Part shown: one piece after another, positions 31,280 to 32,000 of the stretch
How the letters are laid out: each line of letters starts with the position of its first letter
Numbering within the stretch: the stretch's first letter is position 1
Source: Nitrosopumilus maritimus SCM1
GTDB lineage: Archaea; Thermoproteota; Nitrososphaeria; Nitrososphaerales; Nitrosopumilaceae
Direction of reading: 5' to 3'
Assembly (NCBI RefSeq): GCF_000018465.1
Contig: NC_010085.1
Span: 150,001 to 182,000, forward strand
DNA: 32,000 nucleotides
Program-made: the position numbers and the translations under genes
The notes under the pieces: model-generated
The model's input: only the letters and a program-made list of their open reading frames with translations
What the model was told of the DNA's origin: nothing
The model's database searches: none

Positions 31280-31582
31280 ATGGCAAATGATCCTGATGCA
31301 AAACGATTACTCTGGTTCATTTTTGCTGGTTCTCGAGGAGGACTGACTAGATTAAAAATTATTTCAAAATTAAAAGAAAACCCACTAAACACTAACCAAT
31401 TGGCAAATGAGCTAGGTCTAGATTACAAAGCGATTCAGCATCATATCAAAGTTCTTGAGAAAAATAATTTGATTACAAAAACAGGTGAAAAATATGGAAT
31501 TATGTTTTTCATTTCTACCTTTCTTGAAGTAAATATGGAGACATTTGATAAAATTGAGGAAAAATTGGATAAAAGTAAATAA
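31280..31582 (+). CDS. ArsR-family winged helix-turn-helix transcriptional regulator
   Basis: LNTNQLANELGLDYKAIQHHIKVLEKNNLI is a classic ArsR/SmtB-type HTH recognition region. Confidence 0.75.
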   Translation: MANDPDAKRLLWFIFAGSRGGLTRLKIISKLKENPLNTNQLANELGLDYKAIQHHIKVLEKNNLITKTGEKYGIMFFISTFLEVNMETFDKIEEKLDKSK

Positions 31583-31607
31583 AAGCTCAAGAGGTGTTTT
31601 TCTCTAA

Positions 31608-31892
31608 ATGGAGCCTACATCTCTGATTTTGTCAATTGTCTCAATTATCAATATGGGGATATTGGGAATTTTGATTGCAATATTTGGAAATATGTATGGA
31701 AAAACAAGAGCTCAACTCCCACTTGGAATGATTGTTGTTGCAGCTATGTTGTTTTTGCATAATGTTGTTGGTGCAATGGCTTATTTCTCAATGGAACATC
31801 TATTTTCTAATGAAATATTCCCATACATGTTAGGAGTTGGTGTTGCTGAGTTGGTAGGATTGATAATATTCTTAAAAATCACTTTGGACTAA
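31608..31892 (+). CDS. small membrane protein (94 aa, ~3 TM), hypothetical
   Basis: Hydrophobic helices (LILSIVSIINMGILGILIAIFG, MIVVAAMLFLHNVVGAMAYF, LGVGVAELVGLIIFL). Starts 25 nt downstream of the ArsR-like gene on the same strand. Confidence 0.5.
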   Translation: MEPTSLILSIVSIINMGILGILIAIFGNMYGKTRAQLPLGMIVVAAMLFLHNVVGAMAYFSMEHLFSNEIFPYMLGVGVAELVGLIIFLKITLD

Positions 31893-32000
31893 TCTTAGTT
31901 TAATTGTAACAAAATCTGTCAAAACACATGCTGCAAGAATATCTAAAACTTAACAAGAATATTCTAATTGCTTTTGCTGCATCAATAACAATTTCTGCAG

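Noticed and set aside
31900-32000. Partial gene at the right edge
   Set aside because: Both a plus-strand ORF (ATG 31929, MLQEYLKLNKNILIAFAASITISA...) and a minus-strand ORF entering from the edge and stopping at 31900-31902 are open. With about 25-33 codons and no motif, I cannot decide which, if either, is real.
1-32000. CRISPR arrays, transposases/integrases, att-like duplications at the three tRNAs, and toxin-antitoxin or other defence modules
   Set aside because: I found no regularly spaced direct repeats. No ORF has recombinase, nuclease or ATPase defence signatures. I could find no copy of the tRNA 3' ends nearby by eye. An exhaustive repeat search would need computation.

Overview
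This is a very AT-rich, gene-dense archaeal chromosome segment. Gene content and signals suggest a marine ammonia-oxidising thaumarchaeon (Nitrosopumilus-like). The pointers are a heme-copper oxidase clustered with a membrane-anchored two-domain blue copper protein, F420 enzymes, many TTG starts, and TTTAAAT-type TATA boxes about 30 nt before start codons. This taxonomic call is inference from composition and motifs only. I support 44 protein-coding genes (one truncated at the left edge), 3 tRNAs (Arg-TCG, Lys-CTT, Val-TAC), a few promoter or terminator-like signals, one perfect palindrome and one GC-rich intergenic candidate RNA. I saw no CRISPR array, rRNA, transposase, integrase or recognisable defence gene. 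Layout: (i) 1-2839 holds an Fe-alcohol-dehydrogenase fragment converging on a CBS / metallo-beta-lactamase-fold / Rieske operon. (ii) 2989-9906 is an especially AT-rich glycan-building block: membrane GT2, PAPS-type sulfotransferase, PGI/PMI, NAD epimerase, MtnA-family isomerase and two Gfo/Idh/MocA-like oxidoreductases. (iii) 9978-15335 holds a DUF59-PqqD fusion, an SDR, small membrane proteins, tRNA-Arg, an aminotransferase and an F420 module (npdG, 2-TM peptide, PPOX-fold protein). (iv) 16030-20249 is the respiratory oxidase cluster: a signal/TM mini-protein, CuA subunit II, subunit I, a double-cupredoxin protein, a compact 4-TM heme A synthase-like protein and a convergent secreted His-N-terminus protein. 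(v) 20346-32000 is mixed housekeeping and orphan genes: SRPBCC-RHH fusion, tRNA-Lys, multi-TM histidine kinase, methyltransferase with a Cys-rich mini-protein, ilvE, aspartate kinase, a GT-B glycosyltransferase, tRNA-Val, a divergent paralog pair, and a radical SAM gene divergent from an ArsR-like regulator. The most novel-looking items are the split, order-swapped Rieske + MBL-fold pair (the same domain content as CMP-Neu5Ac hydroxylase) beside the sulfotransferase-containing glycan island, the DUF59-PqqD fusion, and the apparently fissioned oxidase subunit II. All functional calls rest on motif reading of the supplied translations; no database search was possible.
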